DNA of 64,000 bases from a virus. Taxonomy: Duplodnaviria > Caudoviricetes. Made by a program: the position numbers and the translations under genes. Position 1 is the first letter of the stretch. Every line of letters begins with the position of its first letter. This document shows, in pieces, positions 47,563-58,547 of the stretch. The stretch lies in the IMG/VR virus record IMGVR_UViG_3300032327_001202, positions 1 through 64,000 of that record, one strand, 5' to 3'. The notes under the pieces were generated by a model, which saw nothing but the letters and a program-made list of their open reading frames with translations, did not search any database and had not been told where the DNA came from.

Positions 47563-48381
47563 TTAAATACTAAGTTTTTTATTTAACTCTGCAATTTCTT
47601 CTTCTTTTTTCTTAATATCATCTTCTATTTTTGATTTAAGTACAGGATTATTTGCATTATTCAATGCTTCTTTCTGATTATTAATACTATCTTTGATAGT
47701 ATTAATTTGTTCTTCAACTTTTTTCTTCTCATCACTAATATCAACTTGATTATTAACCTGACTTGCACTAGGACCATTATAAGTAAGTAGCCCTTGTGGT
47801 TTAATTGGTTGAGGAGCTTCTTCTTCAGGTTTAGATTCTTCTTTTGGATTTTTTAAAGTTTTCAACTTTTGTGCAAAATCTCTTAATTGTTTCAAAATAA
47901 AATCACGATTATCAATTTTATACTGATAGTCACCTGCTTTATCTTTTAGATTTAATTCAGTTAATGCTTCAATGGCAGCTTGTATTAAACCACCATTACC
48001 ATTTTTACCTATAAGTTGAATCTTTTTTTCTTCAAACTCAATATCCTCATTTTTAACCATCTCATCAACATTAGACATAGCAAGACGATATAAATAATAA
48101 CCATACTCATTCTTTAATTCACCACTCATATTCTCATCTAACATTAAGTATAATTGATCTCTAACTTTTGTTACTAAGGGAGTTACTTGAGTTCCTTTAT
48201 ATGCATTTGTTGCTCTTCTAATTGTAGAGTTTATCAAACGGCCAAACCATGAACCACCAAATCTAATATCATTACCTACTATTTCAGTAATTAAATTAGA
48301 ATCTTGATTAAGTAATTCAGGATTAATTAAAGATTGTTTTACGTTAGATATAAATAATTTTCTTTCTTTGATATATTTCAT
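47563..48381 (-). CDS. Hypothetical protein
   Basis: Starts MKYIKERKLF; late-type motif upstream. Confidence 0.55.
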   Translation of the reverse strand: MKYIKERKLFISNVKQSLINPELLNQDSNLITEIVGNDIRFGGSWFGRLINSTIRRATNAYKGTQVTPLVTKVRDQLYLMLDENMSGELKNEYGYYLYRLAMSNVDEMVKNEDIEFEEKKIQLIGKNGNGGLIQAAIEALTELNLKDKAGDYQYKIDNRDFILKQLRDFAQKLKTLKNPKEESKPEEEAPQPIKPQGLLTYNGPSASQVNNQVDISDEKKKVEEQINTIKDSINNQKEALNNANNPVLKSKIEDDIKKKEEEIAELNKKLSI

Positions 48382-48640
48382 TTATCTATTATATTTTATT
48401 TATTATATATTAAAATATAATTGTTGTATTTTACATTAGATAATTTAAATAAACATGATTTTTAATGTTGAGAAAAAGTAGTAAATATAAGTAAATATAG
48501 TATATTATATATATCATGATCTTGCATGAATTCAAATTTATTTCATTCTGATTAAAATCTGCGTAAATTAAAAAATTGTGTTTTTTCCAAAAAAACACAT
48601 ATCGGTTATTTTGGAGTTTAAGATTAAAATATATATGTGT

Positions 48641-48928
48641 ATGAGATTTTTAAAATTAAAAATTAATGATAAAATCATTACCGACCCAATTGAAATAAAC
48701 AAAATATTATCTAAACAAAAATTTTATTGGTTAATAGATTCAGAAATTGAAATGGCTGATATTGAAATCATACATGATACTATTGTATGGAATAGTGGTA
48801 ATTTTTATACTGGAAATTGGTATTATGGAATTTGGAAAGGGGGTAATTTTTACGGGATTTGGGAGAATGGGATATTTGAAGCAGGTAAATTTGAAGGAAA
48901 GTTTTTATCAGGAATAAAAAATATTTAA
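48641..48928 (+). CDS. Hypothetical protein with W/F-x-x-G repeats
   Basis: WNSGNFYTGNWYYGIWKGGNFYGIWENGIF. Confidence 0.55.
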   Translation: MRFLKLKINDKIITDPIEINKILSKQKFYWLIDSEIEMADIEIIHDTIVWNSGNFYTGNWYYGIWKGGNFYGIWENGIFEAGKFEGKFLSGIKNI

Positions 48929-48931
48929 CTT

Positions 48932-49372
48932 ATGAGAAAAAAAAGACTTAATGAAGCAGATAACATTATTTTTAAAAATAATAACATCAGCATCATAAAA
49001 GATTTAGAAAACCAATATGTTTATGAAATAGGAAATGAAATTACATATGATGTTGGTGAAGCAGTTGCTCTAATGATCGGTGATAATTCTAAAAATTTAT
49101 GGGATTTAGATATAAAAGTTAAATTAACAGATATTTCTCCTGAAAAAACTTTATACTGGATGAGTGGTGGTAATAAAGAATGGAAAACTTTAGAACATTA
49201 TAATAAAACATGGACGGATTGTTATTTAGATTTTTTAGAAGAATATGGATATATTATCATAAATATTCTTCGTAAGTCTAAAAAGTTAGTAGATATTAAA
49301 AGAGGATTTCAAAAACATATTAATTTACCGACAATGTATGACTTTGCAATAAGTAAAGGTTTTGTCAAATAA
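48932..49372 (+). CDS. Hypothetical protein
   Basis: 146-aa ORF. Confidence 0.5.
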   Translation: MRKKRLNEADNIIFKNNNISIIKDLENQYVYEIGNEITYDVGEAVALMIGDNSKNLWDLDIKVKLTDISPEKTLYWMSGGNKEWKTLEHYNKTWTDCYLDFLEEYGYIIINILRKSKKLVDIKRGFQKHINLPTMYDFAISKGFVK

Positions 49373-49390
49373 AATTTAATATATAACTTA

Positions 49391-50248
49391 ATGGAAAAAT
49401 TTAAATGTAATGTTTTTGATATAGATACTATTTTAGTAATAGATAGTAAAGTATGGATAGTTGATAAAACTAAACCAAATATCCCTATATTAAAAATAAG
49501 CGAATATGAATTTAATTTAATTAAAGACGGTATATATAAAAGTCAAGATAATAAAATATATTTTAATGGTAAAGTATATTGGCTTCCTACAACATTATAT
49601 AATAATATAAAAATTCATGCTAAAAACTATAAAGCAGATCTTAATAATTTAGGAATATCTATTCAAGAATTTCTAAACAAAGATATTATTGATAATACTA
49701 ACTATGAATTAAGAATAGATTTACTAAATAAATTATTAAAGAATAAAACAGATGATAATTATATAATTTGTTCTAAATTAACTAAAAGAAATTATGAATC
49801 TATAATTGAAAAAGTTGAAAAAAAGTTAAATGAAGAAGGTATTATAATTAAAAAATTTATTTTCATAAATGAAACTTTTTATGATAAAGATGCTGATTTT
49901 GTACATTACAAAAAAATAGAATTTTTATTAAGACTATTGACCGGATATAAAATTCAAGATAAAAAGTTTATAGATAAACAAAATAAACAATATAGTGTTG
50001 TTAATTTTTATGATATTGATTTAGGAACTCTTAGTATATATAATGATATAAATAATTACTTAAAAAGTATTTTAAGTAAAACTGATAATGGTCTAAAAGA
50101 AGTTATTAAAGAAAACATAGATTTAATAAAACCACTTTTAGAAATAAATCAATTAACTACAAATAAGCATAATCAAATTATTTCCAAAAGTGTTTATTTA
50201 GATTATTCTAATCTTTTCAAGACTTTTGAATCTTTTAATAAAAGATAA
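49391..50248 (+). CDS. Hypothetical protein, possibly a degenerate HAD-like fold
   Basis: VFDIDTIL near the N-terminus and FYDID near the C-terminus. Confidence 0.4.
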   Translation: MEKFKCNVFDIDTILVIDSKVWIVDKTKPNIPILKISEYEFNLIKDGIYKSQDNKIYFNGKVYWLPTTLYNNIKIHAKNYKADLNNLGISIQEFLNKDIIDNTNYELRIDLLNKLLKNKTDDNYIICSKLTKRNYESIIEKVEKKLNEEGIIIKKFIFINETFYDKDADFVHYKKIEFLLRLLTGYKIQDKKFIDKQNKQYSVVNFYDIDLGTLSIYNDINNYLKSILSKTDNGLKEVIKENIDLIKPLLEINQLTTNKHNQIISKSVYLDYSNLFKTFESFNKR

Positions 50249-50893
50249 TTAATCCTTATTTTTAAGGATTTTATCAATCATATCATTTAAACTTCTTGCA
50301 TCAACAACTTGTTTATCATCTTCAACAACCTTGTTAATTTCTTCCTCTTGGATTAATTCTTCTTTAACTTCTGGTTCAATTGAAGTAGTTACATTTGTTA
50401 AACCTAAATCTTTACGAATTTCTTTATAGAATTTTTCTAATTCAGTTCTTTGAGTAGAAATAAATTTAATATTTTCTCTCATCTGACCTACTGTTTGATT
50501 CACAACTTCATGCATTCTAGCACTATTATCACCATTATCAATTTGTCTTAACTGTGTTAAATAGTTCTTTCTTGTCATTTTACCCAAGAACATAGTTTCT
50601 GCATATATTGAAGCATCCTGCCTCATTTTTTGTTTAATATATCCATGTTCCATTACTACTTTAGAATCTCCTAAATATAAATCAACTAATGATTCTAACA
50701 TATCTGATGCTTCAGTATTTGCTGTAGTAAGATCTAAATCATAATTATATATTTCTATTTCACCTAAATCGGGTAAATCATCTTCTGTTGCAAAGTATTT
50801 TGTTAAATCTAGCCCTTTGCTAGTTTCTTGAATTCTTTCAAACTCCTCTTTTATAGACTCCATTTTGACGTCTTTTTCTGATTTTTTTGCCAT
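50249..50893 (-). CDS. Possible terminase small subunit (gp16-like)
   Basis: Helical protein with SARMHEVVNQTV, divergent from terL. Assignment is mostly positional. Confidence 0.35.
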   Translation of the reverse strand: MAKKSEKDVKMESIKEEFERIQETSKGLDLTKYFATEDDLPDLGEIEIYNYDLDLTTANTEASDMLESLVDLYLGDSKVVMEHGYIKQKMRQDASIYAETMFLGKMTRKNYLTQLRQIDNGDNSARMHEVVNQTVGQMRENIKFISTQRTELEKFYKEIRKDLGLTNVTTSIEPEVKEELIQEEEINKVVEDDKQVVDARSLNDMIDKILKNKD

Positions 50894-50946
50894 ATTTTTA
50901 TGTATATGATATTTATTTATATATATTAAAAAATAATTTTTCTTTT

Positions 50947-53097
50947 ATGGCTAAAAGCACAAAGATAGATGAAGAAGAATTAAGGAAATTTGTCTTTAAC
51001 TCAGAACTAGTTGAAGAATTAACGCAGAAAATAAATGACGGTATTGTATTAAAACGTTATCAAAATCCTTGGTTCAAAAATGAAATAGGAAATAGGAGAG
51101 CAGGTATAACCTTCGCAATGACTCCTGAAGAAATCGCAGAATATATTAAATGTAAAACAGATATAAAATACTTCGCACAAAAATATTGTAAAATTAAAGT
51201 TGAAGATGGTAGTATTAAAAATCTAACACTCAGAGATTATCAAATAGATATATTAGAATTATATCAAAATAGAAAATCTATTCTATGTGGTAGTCGTCAG
51301 ATAGGTAAAACTATTAATGCCGCAATTACCATGTTACACTTTGTAACATTTAATAATGATAAAAATATCATGATTGTGGCTAATATAGCCAGTACAACAA
51401 TTGAAATTGTAGATAAAATTAAATCTATATATGTTCACCTTCCATTCTTCCTTAAAGTAGGTATTAAAAACTGGAACCAAAGAACAATGATATTTGAAAA
51501 TGGTTGTCGTATTAAAACAGCTGCAAGAAGTAGAACTCCCGCTATCGGTTTTACGATAGACTTTTTATACTTAGATGAATTTGCACACATTCCTTCTAAT
51601 ATTATCGAACCTTATTATCAAGCAGTTTATCCCGTAGTATCTGCGGTAGAAAACTCAAAAATAATTATTACATCAACCCCTAATGGAATGAATCTATTTT
51701 ATAGATTATTAACCGATGCGGAACGCCCTGAAGGCGATCCTCAAAAAAATCAGTTTAAGGCATTAAGAATATATTGGTATCAAGTACCAGGAAGATTCGT
51801 AACATTTTATAGATTAAACCCTGTTAAATTATTTAAATTTGGTTTAACAGAAGAATCTTTATATGAACAAGTTATAGCTAACTTTTCACACTTAACTAAA
51901 GTAGAAAAAAAGTTCGATGCTGAAATAGAAAAAGAAACTATAGCAATTCATAATAATGAACTATGTCCTGAAGAATTAACAAAATCTTTTCAATTTTATG
52001 ACAACAATAATGTATTAACACCTATTCAATTAGCATGTGACGTTTCTACATGGAAAGAAGATTCTATAAAAAATATAGGTGGAGAAGATGCATTTAACCA
52101 AGAATATGGTTTACGTTTTATTAACGCAACTCGTTCTATATTAAGTGAAAGTGTGATAGATACGCTAATAAAAGGAAAAAAGCATTTTGAGTATAGAGAT
52201 ATACCTATGTTTGATGATAAATTAAGATTTAGTTATAGAGACTTAGCATGGGTTGATAATGATACATTTAATCATGCAAATCGTAAAGATATTAAAGGTA
52301 TAATGTCGATTGATATATCTGAGGGTTTAGGTCAAGATTATACTATTATAAATATATTTAGAATAGCGTTAAAACCTATAGAATTAATTGAAGCTCAAAA
52401 ATCTAATTTATATGATTTTAGTGATTTCTTTTGGTTAGAACAAATTGGATTATATAGATCTAATTTAATTTCTGTTAAACAATTATCAGATTTATTTTAT
52501 ATGTTAGCTTTTGAATATTTTGATTATGAAAAGTTTAGAGTAGTATTAGAAACGAATACTTATGGTAGTGAGTTTTTAGCACATTTACCACATGTATTTG
52601 ATGGTAATAATAATTATGGTTCTGGTATATTTTTTAGATATAAACACAGGATGGATTCTAGTGAAGAAAAAGTAGGATTAAAATTAGGAGATAATAAAAA
52701 TCTTTTAGTTAAAGATTATCAAGAAAACATGAATAAAAGAAATTTTCACATAACTAATGAAGATAATATTAAAGAAATAACCACGTTTGTTAGACACATA
52801 ACATCAGCAGGTAATGTTAGATATGCTGCGGATATAGGTAAAGATGACTTAGCCATGTCATTAGTAAATGCTTCATCTATATTTAGTCGTTATGATTATA
52901 AAGAGATGATACAAGATTTTAGTAAAGAGTTGCCAAGTGATGTATTAAATTATATTAATAATATAATAAATAATTCAAGTGAAGCTAAAGAAGTTTCGGA
53001 TTATTCTGCATTAATAAATGTTAATCGTAGAAGAAAAAATGCTACTTCATATACTTATGAAAAAAGTATAGATTGGCATGGTAAAAAATATTATTAA
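50947..53097 (+). CDS. terL: Terminase large subunit, T4 gp17-like
   Basis: LRDYQ, SRQIGKT, FLYLDEFAH, ITSTPNG, FNQEY, IDISEGLGQDY, GKDDLAMS. Confidence 0.93.
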   Translation: MAKSTKIDEEELRKFVFNSELVEELTQKINDGIVLKRYQNPWFKNEIGNRRAGITFAMTPEEIAEYIKCKTDIKYFAQKYCKIKVEDGSIKNLTLRDYQIDILELYQNRKSILCGSRQIGKTINAAITMLHFVTFNNDKNIMIVANIASTTIEIVDKIKSIYVHLPFFLKVGIKNWNQRTMIFENGCRIKTAARSRTPAIGFTIDFLYLDEFAHIPSNIIEPYYQAVYPVVSAVENSKIIITSTPNGMNLFYRLLTDAERPEGDPQKNQFKALRIYWYQVPGRFVTFYRLNPVKLFKFGLTEESLYEQVIANFSHLTKVEKKFDAEIEKETIAIHNNELCPEELTKSFQFYDNNNVLTPIQLACDVSTWKEDSIKNIGGEDAFNQEYGLRFINATRSILSESVIDTLIKGKKHFEYRDIPMFDDKLRFSYRDLAWVDNDTFNHANRKDIKGIMSIDISEGLGQDYTIINIFRIALKPIELIEAQKSNLYDFSDFFWLEQIGLYRSNLISVKQLSDLFYMLAFEYFDYEKFRVVLETNTYGSEFLAHLPHVFDGNNNYGSGIFFRYKHRMDSSEEKVGLKLGDNKNLLVKDYQENMNKRNFHITNEDNIKEITTFVRHITSAGNVRYAADIGKDDLAMSLVNASSIFSRYDYKEMIQDFSKELPSDVLNYINNIINNSSEAKEVSDYSALINVNRRRKNATSYTYEKSIDWHGKKYY

Positions 53098-53115
53098 AAA
53101 TTAATATATACAGAT

Positions 53116-54378
53116 ATGGAAAATTATGTTAAAGTTTTTGAACTCTTTGATAAGAGAACTAATGTATTTAAAAATGCTAGTGTAGATAAAATAGAAGGTC
53201 AGAGTAAACAACCTTATACTCAAACAATTAATTACTTTTTTACATTTGAGGAAGCTAAGAAAAAAATAAGTTCTATATGGAACTTTTCTACTCCTGAATT
53301 AAATAAAAGAATTGATAAAGAAGTAAGTCCTTCATTGATAAAAAAATTTGGGGATAAAGTTAAAGATAAGTTAGGTATTTCTAAAGAAAAAGAAATTAAA
53401 ATAAAAAGCTTAACAAGTTTAGGTATTTCTGAAAAAAAAGAAAGTAATCAATTATTTTACTATACATATCAAGGTTTAAGAATTGCTAAAATAGAATTTG
53501 ATAGAACTAAAGTTCATGATAGAAGTTGGAAAATGACTTTTTATTATTATGATGGAGTTAATGGAGATTCTAGTAAAAAAGTTCCAGGAGAAATACCTTC
53601 TAATAGTAAAAAGAAAGAAGATAATATACCTGGTAATATAGAAAGTAATAATCAAGGAGAAGAAAATAATAAACCTAAAGAATTAGGATATAAAAAAGAT
53701 ATTGTTGTTCCATTTATAGATAGTTCAAAAAAAGCATTAGATTTTATTAAAAAGCATTTAGATTATATTTACAAACCAAGTGATACAGAAATAGAAATTG
53801 GGGATATGAAAGTTTTAAAAGATTCTAATAAAAAATTTACTATTAAAATAGATAATAGAAGTATTGAAGTAGTAAATAGTGATATAGTAAAAGGATTAAA
53901 TCAGGTATTTAATTATGAAGGATCTTCTGATGCTAAACAAATAGGAAATGGAGAAACTCCAAATGAAGATCCTATAAAAACTGATAAAGAATCTAATAAA
54001 GATACAGAAGAAAAAGTTGATACATTTGAGGAACATAAAAAGAAAGATACGCCTGAAAATAAACTTTTAAGTGAACTTACTAAAATCAAAAATGATATTA
54101 ATAATGAAGATTATAAAAAAATAAGAAGTTCTTATAGAATGTTGGTTCATCCGGACAAATTAGGTAAAGTTATAGAAGTGAAAGATGATGAAGGTAGAAA
54201 TACAACTGAAAGAGAACATTCTAAGTTAGATAATAAAATTATTGCAATATATACAGAAACAGAAGAAATTTTAGGTAATAAACAATTATCAGAATCTGAT
54301 AAAAAAAATCGTATAAAAGGAGATTTAGATAAAATAATAAATTTATTAGAAAAAGAAATAAAAAAAGAGGCTAAGTAA
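53116..54378 (+). CDS. Hypothetical protein with a C-terminal J-domain-like HPD segment
   Basis: YKKIRSSYRMLVHPDKL near 54110-54160. Confidence 0.5.
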   Translation: MENYVKVFELFDKRTNVFKNASVDKIEGQSKQPYTQTINYFFTFEEAKKKISSIWNFSTPELNKRIDKEVSPSLIKKFGDKVKDKLGISKEKEIKIKSLTSLGISEKKESNQLFYYTYQGLRIAKIEFDRTKVHDRSWKMTFYYYDGVNGDSSKKVPGEIPSNSKKKEDNIPGNIESNNQGEENNKPKELGYKKDIVVPFIDSSKKALDFIKKHLDYIYKPSDTEIEIGDMKVLKDSNKKFTIKIDNRSIEVVNSDIVKGLNQVFNYEGSSDAKQIGNGETPNEDPIKTDKESNKDTEEKVDTFEEHKKKDTPENKLLSELTKIKNDINNEDYKKIRSSYRMLVHPDKLGKVIEVKDDEGRNTTEREHSKLDNKIIAIYTETEEILGNKQLSESDKKNRIKGDLDKIINLLEKEIKKEAK

Positions 54379-54393
54379 TTAGCCTCTTTTTTT
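54361..54393. terminator. Bidirectional terminator
   Basis: AAAAAAGAGGCTAA-GTAA-TTAGCCTCTTTTTTT. Confidence 0.75.
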
Positions 54394-54394
54394 A

Positions 54395-54679
54395 TTAGAT
54401 ATTTTCTTCCATTGTCACACTAAGACCTTTTGACTTTAATTGTTCATACATCTTAGTTACTATTTCTTTAGTACCTCTTTTTACATCACATTTACCTCTA
54501 AAATGTACTATATGAGCACACTGAGATGCTTGTTCGTAAGAATGCTTACAAACTTTCATTAAACACTCTATTACGTGTTCAAAACTATTATAGTCGTCAT
54601 TGTGAAGTAAAAGGGTAAAAGGTTGACTTAAGATCTCATCTACTTTTGTTTCACTTTTTGTTTCTGTAATTGTTGCCAT
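54395..54679 (-). CDS. clpS: ATP-dependent Clp protease adaptor ClpS
   Basis: LLLHNDDYNSFEHVIECL...QASQCAHIVHFRGKCDV...L.V.ME. Confidence 0.9.
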   Translation of the reverse strand: MATITETKSETKVDEILSQPFTLLLHNDDYNSFEHVIECLMKVCKHSYEQASQCAHIVHFRGKCDVKRGTKEIVTKMYEQLKSKGLSVTMEENI

Positions 54680-54683
54680 ATTA

Positions 54684-55184
54684 TTATATTAATTTTTTCT
54701 TGTTTATAACATCTATTATTTCAATAGGAACTTTTTGTTTAGGAGCCCATTCATTTACAAACTTAATTAAATGTTCATGTCTATCATCGAATAAAATGAA
54801 TTTCTTTGGTTTATATCTATCAATTAGATTTGTAAATAATCTTGCTTTAAATAAATATGTATCCATGCCAGGGTTACAATACAAATCTATATCAATATCA
54901 TGAAGTTTTAAAACTTTTATTACTGATCCTCTTAACTTCTCAACTCTACCTGTTGCTAAAAAGCAATGACTGTTAGTATCTTCTGAATATTGTTTATAAA
55001 ATTTATATACCCATTCATTACGAGGTATATAAAATATATTTGTATTTAAGGATTCTTTATTTCCCCACCAACCTCTTCCTTGCCAAGAAGAACCTGTTTC
55101 TTTTTCCCAAAGATCTTTACCACTTTCTGGTGTTGGAGTGTGGAACATTGTTGAATCAAAATCAAAACTCACTAGGTTTTCCAT
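54684..55184 (-). CDS. HAD-superfamily phosphatase
   Basis: SFDFDSTMF (DxD), ATGR, LFDDR. Confidence 0.7.
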   Translation of the reverse strand: MENLVSFDFDSTMFHTPTPESGKDLWEKETGSSWQGRGWWGNKESLNTNIFYIPRNEWVYKFYKQYSEDTNSHCFLATGRVEKLRGSVIKVLKLHDIDIDLYCNPGMDTYLFKARLFTNLIDRYKPKKFILFDDRHEHLIKFVNEWAPKQKVPIEIIDVINKKKLI

Positions 55185-55274
55185 TTTTAATTATTTTTAT
55201 TTATATAACAAATATAAGAAAAATATTTATTAAAACAAAGTATTTTTTTTATATATAAAAATAAAAAAGTTTCT

Positions 55275-55892
55275 ATGAATAAATTATTTATTCCAATTAT
55301 CGGAACCCTACTTATCATTTTATTTTTAATGAGATTTAATAGTTGTGGTTGCCATTCTCCAATCCCTCAAATAAAATCAGACACATTAGTAATACATGAT
55401 ACTATTAAAATTTATGATACTACTCCTGGAAAGATTGAGTTTGTAAAATCTAAGCCAATTCAACATTGGGATACTATACCAAAATATATTCCTGATACAA
55501 ATTATCCTGGTTTATTAAAACAATATAATAATTTAGGAAATGAGTATTTTACTCAAAATATATATAAAGCTATATATAGAATAGATTCATTAGGAACATT
55601 AACTGCAATAGATACCATATCACAAAATAAATTAACAGGTACTTCTTTAATTACTAATTTAAAAATACCATATAAAAGAATAGTTGTAACTAATACTATA
55701 ATACCTGCTGCTAAAAATCAATTATATATAGGTGGTGGTCTTAATGGAAATAGAAGTTCATTAATAAATTCAGCAGAAGTTGGGCTTATTTTAAAGACGA
55801 ATAAAGATCAAATTTTCCAAGTAAAAGTAAGTGAAGACTTAGATGGTAAAATTAATTATGGAGTTGGAACTTATTGGAAAATAAAATTATAG
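55275..55892 (+). CDS. Membrane-anchored hypothetical protein (spanin-like or exported)
   Basis: N-terminal hydrophobic segment followed by Cys; beta-rich C-terminus ending YWKIKL. Confidence 0.45.
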   Translation: MNKLFIPIIGTLLIILFLMRFNSCGCHSPIPQIKSDTLVIHDTIKIYDTTPGKIEFVKSKPIQHWDTIPKYIPDTNYPGLLKQYNNLGNEYFTQNIYKAIYRIDSLGTLTAIDTISQNKLTGTSLITNLKIPYKRIVVTNTIIPAAKNQLYIGGGLNGNRSSLINSAEVGLILKTNKDQIFQVKVSEDLDGKINYGVGTYWKIKL

Positions 55893-55951
55893 AAAATTAA
55901 TAAAAAATGACTTTTGATTAATAATATATAATTAAAATTAAAATTAAAATT

Positions 55952-56458
55952 ATGAAATACATAAAACAATATGAAAATCATGTAAAATTAAAAAAGGCAC
56001 AAGAAGTTCCTGTTAAAGAAGTAAAAACTTTACAAGTGATTAATGAAAGTGTTGAAATAATTGATGATATATATGAAGTTAGAACAACTACTGAGATCCC
56101 TCAATCTCTTATTAATGGTTTTATTAAAAAAGCAGAAACTAATTTAGACATTAAAGTTCGTAAAACTTACAGTGATAAAGACCTTGCTGAGATGTTAGTT
56201 AATAAAGTTATTAAAATGAATTTAGATATTGAGAAGTTAAACCCAAGTGATTTCTTTGGAGGAGGACAATCTTCTTCACAAGAAGGACAATCTCAAGAAA
56301 CTCCAACAGAAGCTCCAACTGAGACACCTCAAGAAGATTCAGCAGAAGCTCCTCAATCTCAACCACAAGCACAAGCACAATCAGCTCCTACAGAAGGATA
56401 TGAAAGTACAGAAGAAAATTTACCAGAAGAACAAACTCAAACTCAAGAACAAGTTTAA
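55952..56458 (+). CDS. Hypothetical protein with KYIKxYE leader and Q/E/A/P-rich tail
   Basis: Starts MKYIKQYENH; hairpin follows at 56475-56502. Confidence 0.55.
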   Translation: MKYIKQYENHVKLKKAQEVPVKEVKTLQVINESVEIIDDIYEVRTTTEIPQSLINGFIKKAETNLDIKVRKTYSDKDLAEMLVNKVIKMNLDIEKLNPSDFFGGGQSSSQEGQSQETPTEAPTETPQEDSAEAPQSQPQAQAQSAPTEGYESTEENLPEEQTQTQEQV

Positions 56459-56518
56459 AAATAAAAGCCAAAACAAAAAAACCACCGATTAGGTGGTTTT
56501 TTATTTAATATATACTTT

Positions 56519-57127
56519 ATGAAATATTTAAAAATATTTGAAGAATTTGAGGATAAAGTATTAGTTATTGTAGATGTTCAAAAATCTTTTAAGAAATACT
56601 TTAATGATATTTATTTAGAAGAATTAAAAAAATATTGTGCGGAATTTACAGAAGTTTATCAAATATACGATAATCATATTTTTGATAAACCAGGAACAGA
56701 TTTTATGTTTTCTGATAATCCTATAAAACCTATTTTTGATGAATTATATAATTTTAATGAAGTTGATATAATAGAAAAACGTTATCATAATGAACACCAT
56801 TTAGTTTATTACAAATCTTATTTAACTAATGAAGTTTATAGAACTATTGTTGAAAGACAAAAAAATAATTTGTTAAAAGTTGGTGATATGTTTGATACTA
56901 AACACGGAACTAAAATAATTTTTGTAAACCATAAACATATGTGGTTTCATTTAACTAAAAAAATGATAAATTTCTTTAATAAATTAAAAGGAAGAAAAAT
57001 TATTTTAGTAGGTGGTGCTATAGACCATTGTTTAAAAGATATAGAAGTTTCTATGGAAACATTTGTATTAGATATAACTATACAACACAAATTTATTTAT
57101 AGTGGTACTTACTGTTATTTTAGTTAA
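56519..57127 (+). CDS. Isochorismatase/nicotinamidase-like cysteine hydrolase
   Basis: VLVIVDVQKSF...IILVGGAIDHCL; leader MKYLKIFEEFE. Confidence 0.7.
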   Translation: MKYLKIFEEFEDKVLVIVDVQKSFKKYFNDIYLEELKKYCAEFTEVYQIYDNHIFDKPGTDFMFSDNPIKPIFDELYNFNEVDIIEKRYHNEHHLVYYKSYLTNEVYRTIVERQKNNLLKVGDMFDTKHGTKIIFVNHKHMWFHLTKKMINFFNKLKGRKIILVGGAIDHCLKDIEVSMETFVLDITIQHKFIYSGTYCYFS

Positions 57128-57512
57128 GAACTTGATTATAAACACCTAACTTAGCATATACATCATACTTTCCTATTTTAAAATTAACATAAAGTATATC
57201 TTGATAGTTAAAAGGATCTTGTGTAAATATACATTTTACTTCATAATTTATACCTGCTATTTCAGGAATAAATTGAATGATCTGATCATTTATTGATTTT
57301 TGAACATATTCAGCACTTACTGTAGTATTAAAAATTAAAGATTCTAAATTAGCACCTAATTTTGGTTCGCCATAAACTTCTCCTTGATTAGTAAAAAGAA
57401 TTATTTCATATTTCTGAATAATCATTTGCATTATATCATCTTCTTCTATTACAGAAGAATTAAATCTAGGATGTCCATCGTATAGTATATAAAAATCTTT
57501 AAAGTCAAACAT
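57120..57512 (-). CDS. Baseplate wedge protein, T4 gp25-like
   Basis: ILFTNQGEVYGEPKLGANLESLIF...QIIQFIP. Confidence 0.75.
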   Translation of the reverse strand: MFDFKDFYILYDGHPRFNSSVIEEDDIMQMIIQKYEIILFTNQGEVYGEPKLGANLESLIFNTTVSAEYVQKSINDQIIQFIPEIAGINYEVKCIFTQDPFNYQDILYVNFKIGKYDVYAKLGVYNQVLN

Positions 57513-57539
57513 AAAATATATATTAAAATATATATTCTT

Positions 57540-58517
57540 TTATTTAAACAAATCTTTTAATTTACCAATTAAAGTCATTCCAACAACTACAGGATCTGTA
57601 TTAGTATCTAATAATTTATGATATTCTGAAATAATATAATTAACTTCAAATAATTTATCCATGTTTTCTCTTTTTTCATTAAATACCCAATTGATAAAAT
57701 CACGACTAAATAATTGGAACATTTCGTCAATATTATCTTGACCAAAATTATCCATCATAAAGTGATATATCTTTTCATAATCCATATCACTAAATACAAC
57801 ATTATATAAATCTGTTTTTAATTTAGCATTAATGGAATTATTACTTGTTACTTCACCTGTTAATTTAAACTGTTGTAAAGCATTTATTATAGATCTAAAA
57901 TCAGGAAAATTTCTGTTAATTAACTTTACTAAATTTTCTTTATTAATTTCTATTTCTTCTTTAACACATATTTCATTCATTATTCTTTTATACAAAGAAT
58001 TTTTTAAGAACTTTTCTTCTTCACCATTTATTGTATTAAAGTTAATACAAGTCATTCTTGACTTAATACCATCTGATACTTTATTTATATTATTTGTATT
58101 AAAAATAAATCTAACATTCTTATTAGAAAAATCTTCAATATAAACTTTTAATGCATCTTGATATTGAATTGAAGATCTTTCAAACTCATCTAAAAATACA
58201 TATTTTATATCATCTTTTGTTATTTCGGAATCTAAGTCTATCCCTGTATATACTTTAGAACAGAAATCATCAACTTTAGTTCTTAAATCATCAATTGAAG
58301 AATAGTAAGAATTATTTAATTCTAAATAAGGTTTATCTTTTGAATATTTACCAATTAAAATTCTTGCTAATGAAGTTTTACCTGTTCCAGGTGTTCCATA
58401 AAATACATAATTAGCGGTTATTTCTCCATTCGGAAAAAACTTTTGGATTCTTGGTATAATAACCAAATCTTCTAATTTTTTAGGTCTCCATCTCTCGTTT
58501 AGTAGTAATTGTTTCAT
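57540..58517 (-). CDS. Sliding-clamp loader large subunit (gp44/RFC-like AAA+)
   Basis: ERWRPK, GTPGTGKT, FLDEFE, FIFNTN, SRM, FPDFRSIINALQ. Confidence 0.9.
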   Translation of the reverse strand: MKQLLLNERWRPKKLEDLVIIPRIQKFFPNGEITANYVFYGTPGTGKTSLARILIGKYSKDKPYLELNNSYYSSIDDLRTKVDDFCSKVYTGIDLDSEITKDDIKYVFLDEFERSSIQYQDALKVYIEDFSNKNVRFIFNTNNINKVSDGIKSRMTCINFNTINGEEEKFLKNSLYKRIMNEICVKEEIEINKENLVKLINRNFPDFRSIINALQQFKLTGEVTSNNSINAKLKTDLYNVVFSDMDYEKIYHFMMDNFGQDNIDEMFQLFSRDFINWVFNEKRENMDKLFEVNYIISEYHKLLDTNTDPVVVGMTLIGKLKDLFK

Positions 58518-58547
58518 ATAAAATTATATTATTTTTTAAGGAAAAAG

